From NCBI GenBank assembly GCA_010909165.1, contig MU008170.1, forward strand, positions 1,426,001 through 1,490,000: 64,000 nt of DNA. Reading direction: 5' to 3'. Below, piece by piece: positions 1 through 13,199 of this stretch. The number at the start of each line of letters is the position of its first letter. The stretch's first letter is position 1. The position numbers and the translations under genes were made by a program. The notes beneath the pieces were generated by a model. That model did not search any database. It was given only the letters and a program-made list of their open reading frames with translations, and was not told the DNA's origin. This DNA is from Anthoceros angustus. Lineage: Eukaryota > Plantae > Anthocerotophyta.

Positions 1-912
1 GCATGTGGGACATTCGTTTGCTCAGCTTATGGGATGGACAACAAACAGCATAAGGACGTGGGATGGACGGTGTGGTGGGTCCCACATGCTTGAGGAAGCG
101 TCCCACATGCGATGTTAGTTTGAGTGGAGATTTGTGTGGCTCAGCTTTGCTTGGCTAACAAGGCCACAGCAGTGCGATGTTAGTTTGTTGGAGATTTCTG
201 TGGCTCAGCTTCTGTTGGCAAGCAAGGACATCATTGTGTGTTTGCGCATCAGCGGAATGCGTTTCCTCCTTGTTACTGCGGCTTCTCTCCAGTTGATTGG
301 GCATCTGATAGGTGCTACAATTCGGGCATGATCAATTTTGCTCTGAAGTTGGGCCAACAGCTGACGCGCAGGTTCCAGCGGCAAGGGAAAGGAAGCTATC
401 ACTGGCCGCGCATTTCTGCATGATCGAAGCGTCGCGATTCAGGGATGCCGCAGACCTACACTCCGAGCTTCCAGATATGGTGTTGTGCTTACAGGCCCAG
501 GCCGATTCTCATCATCTGTCGCATGTCTGGCCTGTCACTTCAGCGGAGCAAACCCTCTCGTTCTGGGGGACGCTTTGTTGTGTGAGAGTACGGGGCTGAT
601 AGAGCTGTGAAAGGGAAGTTTAGCATTCGCATGAGAGTGATGTGAACGCGGCATGCAAGAATGCAATCTTCGGCTTCACCGTACTACTGCTACGGGCTAG
701 GTCAGGGACGGTGTTGAGGAGGATGTTCTTCACGCTCCTGATGCTTTTGCAGTCCCTCCTGAATTCTGGCCTGGGGAAATGTCTGTACTCGGAGGTTTGG
801 TTCTCTGCGTCAACGCCAGTCTGTGAAGGAAAGTGGGTCGCCATGTGGAGTTTGTCTTGCTGCGGACTGCAATGCTTCTGAGCTTCACTCTCCCCAGACG
901 ACAAGGGCCAAG

Positions 913-3900
913 ATGGAAGCTCCTGAAGGAGCTGCTAAGGACAACTTATTTCTGTCCCTGGTGGAAAGAATTGTGCCTGGCTTGGTTCTGTCCGGTCCTT
1001 CATCCTCCCTTAAAGCGGACACGCCTGGAACAGCTCAACAGCCTTCGTCAAAGGACACCAGTGTAGATGTGGAAGCAGCGAAACTTGAAGAGCCCATGGA
1101 AGACCGTCCCCGTGTTCGTTTTTTAGGAGGTGCGTGTACTCCGGCTTGAGTCGCTTGGTCCTGCTGGTGGCTGTGATGGGCAAGCAGGCTTGAGCATGGC
1201 ACGTGCAAGGTCAAGAATTCTCAATTGACGTCTACAAGAGAGCTAGCTGCATATCTGACCTGTCAATACTTGTAGGACCACTCGACAAATGGGCGTTCTC
1301 ATTGTTGTGTGCCTAATGTATTTCCTTTTCTTGTCTACGACCTAACAGTGGAGGCTTCTGAAAGTAAGACTTCGCCCAGTTCTACAAAGGGGGGTGTCGA
1401 AACGAGGCCCATGAGCAAACTGCGGAGATCACTGTCAGATGAGCTTTTCAACGAACGCATGGAGCAAACGTACAGGGAGACGAAGGTAACTAGGTGATGT
1501 CTCATGAGGCAGTGTCAATGCACTGTTTCTGGCAATTTTCTCACTGGTGTGTTTGGCATATCAGGAGCTGTCCCATTGGAAAACTCTTTTGTATGCATAC
1601 CAGACTCTTGGAGTGGTGTATGGTGATCTTGGAACTTCGCCACTGTATGTTTACCCTACTATAACCTTCAAGCATCCTCCCAACGAAGCAGACTATCTCG
1701 GAATTCTAAGCCTCATCTTCTGGACCCTGACACTGGTCGGAGTTCTCAAGTACACATTCATTGTGCTGGATGCAGATGACCATGGAGAAGGTGTCTTTCA
1801 GCCTCGTTTTGGCTTGTTTCAACAGATTGATCCTCCCCTCCTCCCCACCCACCCCTCCCCACTGGAGGTATCTTCTAACCCGTTCGATGGTTGTGCAGGT
1901 GGAACTTTCGCCCTGTATTCCTTCTTATGTCAGCATGTGGATGTTGGCCGGCAGGTTGATAAGCATTACAAACGACTTGACTCTGATAAGAAGCTTTCCT
2001 ACTTCACGAGGAACCGTCCTATAAACTCGGCAACCCGACGCCTACTTGAAGGCAGCCAGCTAGCACGGAAGATCCTGTTGTTTGTCGTCATGATGGGTAC
2101 CTGTATGATCATCGGGGATGGAATTCTGACTCCGGCAATTTCAGGTTTTCTCACGGAGACCCTTTGGATTTGCTAGATCAGGAACTTAGGCAACCTCGCA
2201 TGAGCCAACTTGTCTTCATACATGAAGCATTTTTAAGTTACGGCTGTTTTGCAACCCTCATGAGGATGCAACCATGTCTGCAGTGCTCTCAGCAATTGAT
2301 GGTATACAAACGAAAGCTGGGATCAGCTCAAGTAAGATGCTATTAATACCTCGTGTCCGTCAACCGTCCATCTCTGTATGCGTTAAACTGCTCTACTTTT
2401 TGTGTCTCGAACGAGGTTACCCTCTTCTGACAAGTTCTGACTGCGTATGTGTAATTCGTGGCTATGAGCTGCTGATGTTTTCCCGTTTGATTGTCTTGGC
2501 AGTTGTTGTACAGGTGATTTCAGCAATTATTCTGGTTGTCATATTCTTGCTGCAAAGGTTTGGTACCAGGAGGGTGGCTTTCTTGTTCTCTCCAGTTATG
2601 CTTGCGTGGCTGATAACCACACCCATCATTGGGATCTACAACATCGCTCGCCACTATCCTGCTGTTTTCAAGGCATTTTCGCCTCATTACATTATCAAGC
2701 TCTTCCACTCCAGAAAGATAGATGCTTGGCGCATGTTGGGTGGGACGGTTTTGTGTATCACCGGTAAGGTCTTGCAACCGCTGTTCTTGCATTTGCTTCC
2801 GTACGGTTGTACTGCGAAGCCTTCATTCTAACCATGTGCCTGCGTGATATGATGGTTTGTAATTTGCCAGGAGCTGAAGCAATGTTTGCTGACATGGGAC
2901 ATTTTAACAAGCGATCGATTCAGGTGAATATGTGAGACAAAATCACCTGTTTCTTGTACATTAGCTCCCTGTCTTCTGCTAATTCGCAAACAGGGACATT
3001 GACAACTCTGCGCCCGTCTGTTGTGTGGAAAAGCTTGCTTTTACAGGTGTAGTTTATCCCTCGGTTCTATTGACATACACGGGGCAAACTGCGTATCTCA
3101 TTAGACACCCCGACCAGCATTCCTATGGCTTTTTTGCCTTCATACCCAATTCTGTATACTGGCCGATGTTCGTTGTCGCAACGTTGGCAGCCATTGTTGC
3201 CAGCCAGGGGCTTATCTCAGCATCCTTTTCTATAATCAAGCAGTCAGTCGCTCTCGACTACTTTCCACGGGTGAAGCTGGTTCATACCTCATCAGAAGAT
3301 GAGGGACAAGTGTACTCTCCTGAGATTAACTACACACTCATGACCCTATGTATAGTTGTCACATTCGGATTTCAAGGTGGGCAGGCTATCGGCAACGCAT
3401 TTGGTAAGAATTCCACCTGTCTATCTCGTGGGTCCGGCTGTGGCTGCTGAGACCTCTATTCCTTGTGCTGAGGAGCTGTTCTAGCACCTAACAGGGCGCG
3501 TAACCTTGTTCCCTTTACCTCTTTGCAGGATTGGCTGCGATAGGGGTAATGGGAATAACCACGGTGCTGATGACTGTAGTGATGCTGACTGTGTGGGAAA
3601 CTCATTGGCTATTTGTGCTCGCATTTTTCCTTTTGTTCTCATTGGTCGAAGGAGTGTACTTGACGGCCTTGCTCAATAAATTTCCCCAAGGTGGGTGGGT
3701 GCCGCTTGGTTTTGCGGGGGTTCTCCTTGTGATTATGCTCACCTGGAGTTATGGCAGACGGAAAAAGCTAGAGTATGAGATCCGGAATAAGATCGATATA
3801 TACAGCTTGGGTGTCCTCCTCGCCAACACAGAGAGCAGACGGGTCCCGGGAATCTGTTTCTTCTACAGCGACTTGATGCATGGAGTTCCACCTGTAATCA

Positions 3901-4484
3901 GGCATTATGTTAGGCTGGTCCGATCTCTACATCAGGTGATCGTTTTCACCACCATCAGGTTTCTACCCATCAAGACTGTTCTACCTTCGGAGCGTTTCCT
4001 GGTGGGAAGCCTGGGGTACAAAGGGGTGTACCGCTGCGTGGCTCAGTACGGCTACAAAGACATTCTCAGTGCTGAGAGCGATGAGTTTGTGGGCCAGGTT
4101 GTTGCCAGCTTGATGGAATATTTGGAGTCTGCGGAAGCGTACAACTTAAAGCGCGCCACCAAGGCAAGATCCTCAGAAGATGGCCTGACAGCCGGAAAAG
4201 TGTGGGCGTCGTTGACAGGCGAGGGAACTTCAGATGCGGACGATGCCCAGCATAAAATATGGATCGCTGAAGACATGGGGGAGCTCAGAAAGGCGGCAGC
4301 ACATGGCTCCATCTTTGTTCTGGGACAGTCGCGAATGAAAGTGACCAGCGACAGTGGCTGGTTGGAACGGATTGTGTTGGGTAAAATGTACTCCTTCTTG
4401 AAGAAGAACTGTCGCTCGACCATGGCCACATGGAAGATCCCGCCGGGCCAGTCCCTTCAGATTGGCATGCTGTACGAAGTGTGA
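913..4484 (+). CDS. HAK: HAK/KUP/KT family potassium transporter, multi-exon
   Basis: Signature [13 protein letters not shown], plus [54 protein letters not shown] and C-terminal LQIGMLYEV, across ORFs 1547-2176, 2274-2831, 3025-3450 and 3531-4484 joined by GT-AG introns. ATG at 913 is inferred from exon phase (donor at 1130). Confidence 0.95.
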
Positions 4485-5863
4485 CAGAGCTCTTCCCTTG
4501 AAGACCAAAGCAGCGTCCCTAACTAACTAACTAGACTAAGTACTGTGCGGGAGGGAGAACGAGGCAGTGTGAAACAGGGTTTGCGTGCTTAGATTGAAGC
4601 TTCCTACATTAGGGCGGATGGCTCTTGCAGCAACGGTACCCAGAGTCTACAGGCGCCTAGGATCCCAGCGGGCTTCAGGGATGCAAAGCAGCGCCAACTG
4701 TAGCAGCAGGCTCCCGCTACATATAGCGGTCTTCGCTATTTTGTTCAGGACATTCAGCAACGAACAAAGCCGTGCCTCTCTGCTCCTCAAGGCGACGCTT
4801 CTAAGCTCCTCAAGACCTTTCAAGCATTTGCCATTGTGCATGTGTGTCGTGTGCTTGATAACTTAGGCTGGATGAAACCATTACCGAGAGAAGTCGCTGA
4901 ACAGCACACAGCTACAAAAATTGTATCGAGGCCATTCACGTGTTTTGAGAGAACTTGTGGTGACAATTAGGGCACTCGTAGAAGACTGTTTGCCCCTCGT
5001 CCGCAGATCGCAGCTGCAGCAGTCGAAATTATGAATGAGAAGGCGGACGAGGGAAGGTTAAGCTAAGTGGTCTGCAGCGGGATTCACGGACTGAACGCAC
5101 CTGTCTGGTGTAGTACTCCAGGTGAGGATGCCCGCATTTAGGACATTCGTCGTTCACCTGCGTTCAATCCATTCAGCACACAGAAATCATTGATGCGGAC
5201 GAGCTGGACTTGAGCTGAGCTCCAAGCAAACCCGGTGCTCGTTTGTTTGCTTGCTTGCTTACCACAGCTCGCTGCTGGACCTCCTCGGAATCGTTTCCGG
5301 CAGCCTGTTCATCAATTGGTTGTATGAGGGGTTCGATCCCCCATCTCCGAAGAAAATCCTGCACAAATTCACTAGATTTTCAGGCCTTCCGCAATCACGC
5401 ATCACGCGTTCCGCAGAAGGGAGGTCTCTACCTCAGCCCCGATGGTGCACTTCATTTCCTTGCCCTGAAAATCTGCCAATTTGTTCCGTCAGACACTGTG
5501 TGGTGAGCCGGCAGGACTCGCGTGAATTTGCAAGACTTACCCTTCACATCACGCTGGCTCCCGCAGAGCGAGCAGGACGCGTAGGTTGCCGTGTCGAAGG
5601 TAAGCAGGGAGCCGCAAAAGTTGCAGAAGAGACATTCGTACGCCGTGAACTCACCCGCCATCGCTGCGGACGAATGGTGTCCGAGGACCACTAACCCTAG
5701 CAGTATAAATGTCACCTCCGATGTATATTTTCACGGTATATACTATTTATTCTACCAGAAGGTATATATACATAGCAGGTGCTGGACAGGGTGCGGTGTT
5801 GCGGATACATGCTGCAGGAGCGGCGTCGAGAGCTAGCGGCCGTGGAACTGGTTTGCGGGCAGG

Positions 5864-7861
5864 ATGAATTCCACTCTTGCCGACTCCTTCCTTGCCGACC
5901 TCGAAGATCTGTCTGACAATGAAGCCCCGTTGGAGGTGAGCTTCAAGTCCGCCCACTTCGTCCCCATGTTGCTGGCTTGTCTGGATCTAACATCCTCTAA
6001 TCAGGCTGTGTGTGCTCACAGGAGGCGGTGGACGGCGGAGGCCAGGATGAAGATGAAGATGAGAGGATGCTGGATGTGGCTTTGAATTATGATGATTTGG
6101 ATGCCGTTGCTAAGCTTCAGAAAAGCCAACGCTACCGCGACATGATGAAGGTATGCTTCGTTGCTTTTGGATTAGTTACCTGGTACTCCAACGGCAGGGC
6201 TTGACTGTGTGTCTGACCCTGCAGAAAGTTGATGAGGCCATGAACAGTGACACTCAAAGTTCTCGGACGGGGCTTGTGTCTGAGGATGATCCCGAGTATC
6301 AGCTTATAGTGGACTGCAATACTCTGTCTGCAGACATTGATAACGAGATAATTGTGATACACAACTACATCAGGGATAAGTACCGCTCTAAGTTTCCGGA
6401 GTTGGAGTCGTTGGTGCTTCATCCGATTGATTACTCCCGCTTGGTGAAGAGAATTGGCAACGTGACGGATCTGCCGTTGGTAGAGCTGGAAGGGTTGCTT
6501 CCTTCGGCCACTATCATGGTTGTCTCTGTTACTGCCTCAACCACTAGTGGGAAACCCTTGTCTGAGGAGGACCTGAAGAAGACATTGGATGCGTGCGATA
6601 GGGCATTGGCACTAGATGAGGCGAAGAAGAAAGTGCTGGAGTTCGTGGAGAGCAGGATGGGCTACATTGCTCCGAATCTGTCTGCCATAGTTGGCAGCGC
6701 CACGGCAGCAAAGCTGATGGGAGCAGCTGGGGGCCTCTCTTCTCTTGCCAAGATGCCGGCCTGTAATGTGCACGTTCTTGGTGCCAAGAAGAAAAGTCTG
6801 GCTGGCTTTTCCACTGCCACGGCACTTCCTCATACAGGATTTTTGTATCATACAGAGCTTGTGCAGAGCACACCACCACCTCTACGGCTGAGAGCATGCC
6901 GACTGGTGGCAGGCAAGTCCACTTTGGCAGCTCGTATAGATGCTACCAGAGGGGATCCATCAGGGCACAATGGCAGGGAGTTGAGAGAGGAGATTGCAAA
7001 AAAGATTGAGAAGTGGCAAGAGCCTCCTCCTGCCAAGCAGCCAAAGCCATTGCCCGTCCCGGATTCAGAGCCCAAAAAAAAAAGGGGTGGCAGACGGCTA
7101 CGGAAAATGAAGGAGAGGTATGGTGGATTGGTGTTTTCCTTCTCATTTTGTCATTGCCCTCCTATAGGCACCCTGCCCATGGTTAATGGTGCATTCACCG
7201 TCTTAACTGTGCAGATACGCCCTGACAGACATGAGAAAGCTTGCAAATCGCATGCACTTCGGGATTCCTGAGGAGAGCTCTTTAGGTGTGTAACCTGCGC
7301 TGCAGCATCATGGCTCTGTGTTTGAGCTTTGGGTATAGCTTTCTTCAATGAGTTGTGTACCAACGCGTCATGTGGATGCGCAGGGGATGGGCTTGGTGAG
7401 GGTTATGGTATGCTGGGACAGGCAGGAAGTGGGAAACTACGGGTCACTATTGGGCAGAACAAGCTTGCCGCTAAAGTGGCAAAGAAGTGGGCGCTTCTCT
7501 TCTTCGATCTGGCTGGTCATAAACTTGTGGTTGCTCTATGGCTATGGCTGATGCGATTCTCCTTTCGCTTTGTGGCTTAACAGATTCAAGGAGAAACACT
7601 ATGGCAGCAGTGGAGCCACTTCAGGACTCACTTCCAGTCTGGCGTTCACACCCGTTCAGGTTTTGATGAGACTCGTGCTTTTGTCAACTTACCCTGACTG
7701 TGTTGATAGTTCTTTTTACTTGGTATCTGAGGAGAAAATTGTTGCGACTGTAGGGTATCGAGTTGTCCAATCCACAGGCCCATGCAGCTCAACTTGCAGC
7801 TGGGACACAGAGCACATACTTTTCCAAGACTAGCAGCTTTTCCAAAATCAAGAGGATGTAG
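5864..7861 (+). CDS. PRP31: U4/U6 snRNP protein PRP31 (Nop domain), multi-exon
   Basis: N-terminus STLADSFLADLEDL; Nop domain IRDKYRSKFPELESLV...IAPNLSAIVG...LAKMPACN; KKKRGGRRLRKMKERY; SGLTSSLAFTPVQGIEL; last exon ends at TAG 7859-7861. Confidence 0.96.
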
Positions 7862-9342
7862 GGAGGGTACTTCAGAGGTGGTTGCCGGAATCAATAACTA
7901 ATTGCGGAGTATTCTCACGTGTCACTTGTAAAGAAAGCGCCTGCATGTGGGCAAGTATATTCTGAGTGGTGTTTCCTTTTTTTTCCAGGCTATGACCTCC
8001 TTTGACAAAGCATGATCAGTGTGTAAGGTAGCTATTCACAAGATTCTCCACAGTGGCGAATGCTGTATCAAATTTGAGTTCGTCCATGCCCGTTCGAATT
8101 TCTGGTGCAGGTATGCTTTGGAGGAGTGCATGGTGACAGCAGGGGGATGGCTGGCAGTTGCTGAGCAAGCTCATGGCTATTTCATGCTTCCCGAAGTGGG
8201 TGGGATGATAAGCTGCAGCAAAGCATCTCTGCTGCAGAGCCCGTGTTGGTAGTACCGAGCCCGAGGCACAATTCTGCGAATTGTCCTTCGCGTTGGTGTT
8301 CTTTCCCCCGCAGGCGGGGTGGTGGCGTCGACTGCATCGGCCACGGCGGGGGCAAGGCCATTGGTTGCCCGGGGCGACCTCGTACAGATGAAATTGGGGA
8401 TCGCACGGTTGGAACAGGGGCGGGGACGTTGACGGGGTACGGATGTCCCGTCCGACAACCGGAGGGGGTTGTCCTTCCTGATGACGTGGCCTTACGGGCC
8501 GTACCCGTGGCCTTGATGGCCATAGGAAAGCGATGGGCATAGGGACCGAGTTCAGAGGATATCACATTATTTACGACTGTGGAATTCAGGATAATATATA
8601 TATTATATAAAATTATAGAATACAAATAATTGGTAATGATCTTGTATTTTTTAAATATTCACATCCATGGTGAAGACTTGTCTTATAAAATCGGAAAACC
8701 TACTTGCCCTGCCCTAACGGCATTGGCCCTAACGGCATTGGCGTGTTCAGGATGGCGACAAGAGTAGGGCAGGCGGCCACCGCAGTCAGGACGGCGACTA
8801 GCGTAGGGGAGGTGGCTTCTTCGGCGGCGGTGGCAGGTAGGCCCTCTTATCCCCGATCACAAGATTTTAAGGGAGGTAAGTAGTTTTGAGAAAAGCGATC
8901 AGGGGAGTTAGTACCCCTTGGCCTAATGCCCTTTGTTGGGTTGACCCTTTTTTCTTTCAGTGTACCTGGTATTTTTTCCATCTCTTTTCTTTTTACATAA
9001 AGTCTCTTCATTTTTCCTAGAAAACCTACTCAAAGGGCCTTCTGCAATTTGGGGTTGAGGCAATGTTTCACCCAAGATATTCACCCATTCCTATCAGCAG
9101 CATTACAATGCAAATAATCCTCAAAGGTTAGGCTAGTTAAAAGGTTGATTAGATTCATACAACTATTGTATCGAACATAGCTTTCAATTTATGATCCTAA
9201 GTTAATGGGCTCTACCATTCAAATTAGATTATTCAATTATTTAATAAGTATTTAAATGTGCTTCAACTTCATGTTAGCGTTTTTTACTCAGCCTATATTG
9301 CCAACAAGGTGTGATGAAGCAGGGGCGTACCTACACATGTGG

Positions 9343-10932
9343 CTATACCCACATGTCTTCGAAAAAAGAGTCTCTCTCAATCTCCACTATTGTGTTGTAT
9401 GTTGTCACTCGTTTAGCAAAGTTAAGTAATTGTTGAAAGTCACATTGTGGCAATTTTTTATCTTCAATATGTCGTTCAAAAATAACTTGGACTAGATAAG
9501 TCAACCAGATTGCATTAACACTATGAAAATTTTGATCCCAATGTGATTCAATAACTTGGTGCACACGATTCCAAGTGCGATTCAAATGATGATCCACAAG
9601 CTTTTGTTTTAGCACCTTGGAGAACACTACATTAGTGCCACATTGAATACGTGACAGTCCAAAATCTATGATAGATACTTTTAATCCATATGTTTTGATT
9701 GTTTGTTTTTTGTTGTCTATTATGTATAACTCATGACTTCGTTGATGTCCAGTATCAACTAGAAGAATATTTCCTGTATGGAGATCACGATGTTCAAACC
9801 CATACGCCCTTTCAGCTACATGTAAGGCAAGAGTTACTTGTAATAACACACTTTTGACTTCTTGCAAGGTTTCAAGTTTGATCTTTGCTAAAGAAATCCC
9901 GCCATCCTTTTGTGCAATCATTATGAACTTTTGACAAGGTGGATACTCAAGAGGAAATCTCGAGTTGTTCAACATTGCCCATTGTAACTTAGCACCAAAA
10001 AAAAGAAGGGAGCTTAGAAATGGTCCTCCCGAGATTTCATTCCATTCATTACAAATAAAGTTGGTGCAAAAAAAAGGAGCCTTTGGATCTTGCAAAGTAG
10101 CCAAAATGCTCGCAATCAATAATTCATTCAAATCAAGATCACAATCATCTTTAATAGGTATCACTTTAATTATTTGATTATCAACCTTGAATACTTCTCC
10201 ATTACAGCCTTCATCTATCTTTGCCACATATGGTGCACCAAAATAATAATAAGAATAATAATAATAGTAATAATAGTAATAATAAAGTGCTTCAAAACCC
10301 GGAGGAGGAGCAATATGAGAAACCAAAAGGGGGGCAACATCAAAACCCGGAGGACGAGCAACATTGAAACCTAGTAGAGGAGTCATTTCAAAGCCCGGAG
10401 GAGGGGCAAGATCCAAAGCCGAAAGAGGGGCAACATCAAAACCCGGAGGAGGAGCAATATTAAAACACGGAGGAGGGGCAAGATCCAAAGGCGAAGGAGG
10501 GGCAGCATCAAAACCCGGAGGAGGGGCAAGATCCAAAGCTGAAAGAGGGGCAACATTAAAATCCGGAGGAGGGGCAAGATCAAAAACTGAAAGAGGGGTA
10601 ACATCAAAACCCCGAGGAGGAGCAACATCAAAACCCCGAGGAGGGGCAAGATGAAAAACTGAAGGAGGGGCAACATCAAAACTCGGAGGAGGAGCAACTT
10701 CAAAACCTAATGGAGGGGCAACATCAAAACCCGAAGGAGGGGCAACATCAAAACCCGGATGAGGGGCAACATCAAAACCTGGAGGAGGGGCAACATTAAA
10801 CCCCAGAGGAAGGGCTACATCAAAACCCATAGGAAAGGCTACATCAACACACGAAGGAAGGGCAACTTCAAATCCCCCATGAGGTTGTTGAAGAAAACGA
10901 ATGTCCAGAGGGTCAACATTATTTATGCTCAT
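9343..10932 (-). CDS. Intronless haspin-like Ser/Thr kinase with N-terminal (PPPGFDVA)n repeat and poly-Tyr linker
   Basis: 529-aa ORF with KIDEGCNGEVFK, IIKVIP, SVLLQVTLALHVAERAYGFEHRDLHTGNILL and TYGLKVSIIDFGLSRI, matching haspin motifs (FEHRDLHWGN, IIDFTLSR). AT-rich, no introns. Confidence 0.85.
   Translation of the reverse strand: MSINNVDPLDIRFLQQPHGGFEVALPSCVDVAFPMGFDVALPLGFNVAPPPGFDVAPHPGFDVAPPSGFDVAPPLGFEVAPPPSFDVAPPSVFHLAPPRGFDVAPPRGFDVTPLSVFDLAPPPDFNVAPLSALDLAPPPGFDAAPPSPLDLAPPPCFNIAPPPGFDVAPLSALDLAPPPGFEMTPLLGFNVARPPGFDVAPLLVSHIAPPPGFEALYYYYYYYYYYSYYYFGAPYVAKIDEGCNGEVFKVDNQIIKVIPIKDDCDLDLNELLIASILATLQDPKAPFFCTNFICNEWNEISGGPFLSSLLFFGAKLQWAMLNNSRFPLEYPPCQKFIMIAQKDGGISLAKIKLETLQEVKSVLLQVTLALHVAERAYGFEHRDLHTGNILLVDTGHQRSHELYIIDNKKQTIKTYGLKVSIIDFGLSRIQCGTNVVFSKVLKQKLVDHHLNRTWNRVHQVIESHWDQNFHSVNAIWLTYLVQVIFERHIEDKKLPQCDFQQLLNFAKRVTTYNTIVEIERDSFFEDMWV
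10292..10880 (-). repeat. Coding minisatellite, 24-bp unit (~24 copies) encoding PPPGFDVA-like octapeptides
   Basis: Plus strand repeats AAAACCCGGAGGAGGGGCAACATC and variants. An adjacent (ATA/GTA)n microsatellite at ~10241-10284 encodes the Tyr run. Confidence 0.9.
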
Positions 10933-11261
10933 AGTTTTTAGAAAAACGAAAAGGTCTACTTATTCGTCTACAATATAATTATCAAATTAGTCTTTTCTTA
11001 AGGTCACCAATACTACATCTCTACTTAGGAGCTAACCTTATTTATATGCAGGTACTCCATATACTTTCCCAATTAACTTCGATACAAAATTGAGGGCACT
11101 TTCCTTTTTAAGTGTATTTCAATCTCAATTTCCATTTTGAGTAAGATGCAAGTCACATTCTCTTACATGCAAGAAGTACCTCCGAGGGCAAGTTTACTCC
11201 AGCACCATAGAAGACATAGAGAAGTATCCATACCAGGCTGGATTGTTTGGTAACTACCTTG

Positions 11262-12720
11262 TCACAGGCTCTTAGCTCTTTGCATGCAAAATGCGTCGGT
11301 CAGAAAGCATTGAAAGTAAAATTGGGGGAGACCATATCTTTCCGGAACACTTTGGCCGAAGGATTTCTTCCATTTTGTCACGGTGTTTGCTAATATCTTG
11401 TACATGTGTGTACATATAGGATGCACTACCAACCAGCACTTGCCAATTTGGCGAGAGTTTATCATTTTGAGAATACACTCCGTGAGGGGAGGAATGGTTT
11501 TAGTTTGAAATTTGGGTTTCCAATCATGTTGGGTGATAAAAGGAGTCTTACTCCTATCAGCAGACCTGCTATTGGGCAGCGTGTCAATGAGTGATCAAAG
11601 CAGTCGTGTTTCAGAAACTCGGTAGGTATCCCATCACCTACATCCGCATAAGATGCTTTAAAATCACAGCAACGACACAGAGAAGAAGAAGTTGATTTCA
11701 GTCCGCTTGGACACACAGCATGAAAACGTCTCATTGTTTTGAAATTAACAACTGGTGAGTAAAATTTTACCAGAGCTGCCAACTCATTTCTAATCTTCTG
11801 GCATCGCTTATCAGGTCCATCTGAAGCAGCATCTCCTCTCCTCTAATTGTACATCATCCAAGGGAGCATCAGTACTACGAAACATGGGATATGAGGTGCC
11901 ACAACGTTAATGCACAATATTCAACGGCCTGGATGCCACAGAATTCTGCTCCTGCAGAATGATATAACATGCACTTGGGTGACTCCAGCAACAAACCTAC
12001 ATCCTCATGATATGATGGACACAGATTCGATGGTTCCAGCTCAAAGTGGAGGATAGAGCACAACTGCTCTGTCCGACCCCTCACACTGAATTCTGGTGCA
12101 GCTGAAAGAGAACTCCTCTTGATTTGCATCGTGAGTTCATCAGTAGCTGCTCCAGAGTTCACTGACCCTTTCTTGAAATCTACACGGAGCTCTTCAATCC
12201 TTGCTCTGGCCAGTTTCTCAAGACCCTGAAACGAAAGGGGACCCCGACGGCTTCTTACAACCTCACTAACCCAAAATTCTGAGGGGGAAGAGAGACGTAC
12301 CTAACCACCGATTCAGCAGGCTGCATAGCTCCCTCGTGATATCGGACGTCCTCAAGAGTACATCATCAGAGTCAGCTTTTCGCTGAATGCGCCGTTGTAA
12401 ATCAGCCACAGCTGCGAAAACAAGTAAGTCTTGGGACTTGAAACAAGTGCTTATACTCGTTCTTCGGATTTGACCCTGCAAAGTTTTTGCCCAAACACAG
12501 CAGCAGGTTGCAAGATTAAGTTTAAACAATGGGATGTTCGTGAGAAAGCTATACAGCTTCATCCTCACATGCAGGCAGAGGGAATTATGCCCGTTGCCCA
12601 CGTCGGAGGCCACATTTGTAGAAGTACATCCTTAACCTAATTGCAGCAACGTAGCAGTTTTACGGATGCGTACCCCGATGTAGCTACCCACACAGATGCA
12701 TAGATGGACATAACTGGACT
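11262..12720 (-). pseudogene. Possible spliced gene or pseudogene of unknown family
   Basis: Phase-compatible exons AVADLQRRIQRKADSDDVLLRTSDITRELCSLLNRWL|GLEKLARARIEELRVDFKKG... flank a GTACGT...TTTCAG intron (~12226-12300). Downstream frames are broken and no domain was recognised. Confidence 0.3.
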
Positions 12721-12932
12721 GTGAATGTGGGAAATGCTCCCAATCACGCTTATGCAGATTTTGGAACATGATGAGCCGGCATGTGTTTGACACGTTGCCC
12801 TGGTAAGACGTAGTGTCATGGATGGAATTCCTTGATAGCTGGAGATGCTCTGCAGTGTTACGAAGAAAATGTGAGGATCTGAGCTGCGCAAATGTTCACA
12901 GGGGTTCACAAAGGCATCCCTGGAAAACATTT

Positions 12933-12943
12933 ACCCCATATTG
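12933..12943 (+). promoter_or_regulatory. USE-like snRNA upstream sequence element
   Basis: ACCCCATATTG about 70 bp upstream of the U2 start resembles the plant USE (RTCCCACATCG) at the expected position. Confidence 0.55.
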
Positions 12944-13003
12944 CTTGTGAAACGATGAAGATCAAAACCTGCCGTAAGTAGCGGACTCCATCACGTGTTC
13001 CGT

Positions 13004-13199
13004 ATACCTTTCTCGGCCTTTTGGCTAAGATCAAGTGTAGTATCTGTTCTTATCAGTTTAATATCTGATACGTGAGTCATTGACTCACATGATATTAATA
13101 TTATTTTTATAGGGGGCAGGACCGCACGGGTAGCTTGCTACTCGGTTCTGCGCGCGTCGCTTTGGTATCGCACTATTTCCATCGCTAGGCGCACCCAAT
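13004..13199 (+). ncRNA. U2: U2 spliceosomal snRNA
   Basis: ATACCTTTCTCGGCCTTTTGGCTAAGATCAAGTGTAGTATCTGTTCTTATCAGTTTAATATCTGATA is the conserved plant U2 5' end, including the branch-site pairing GTAGTA. Ends near GCACCCAA; 3'-box-like AGTCAAA at ~13224. Confidence 0.97.

Noticed and set aside
5864-13199. PRP31 and U2 as a functional spliceosomal cluster
   Set aside because: They are separated by unrelated sequence, PRP31 binds U4 rather than U2, and proximity is plausibly chance.
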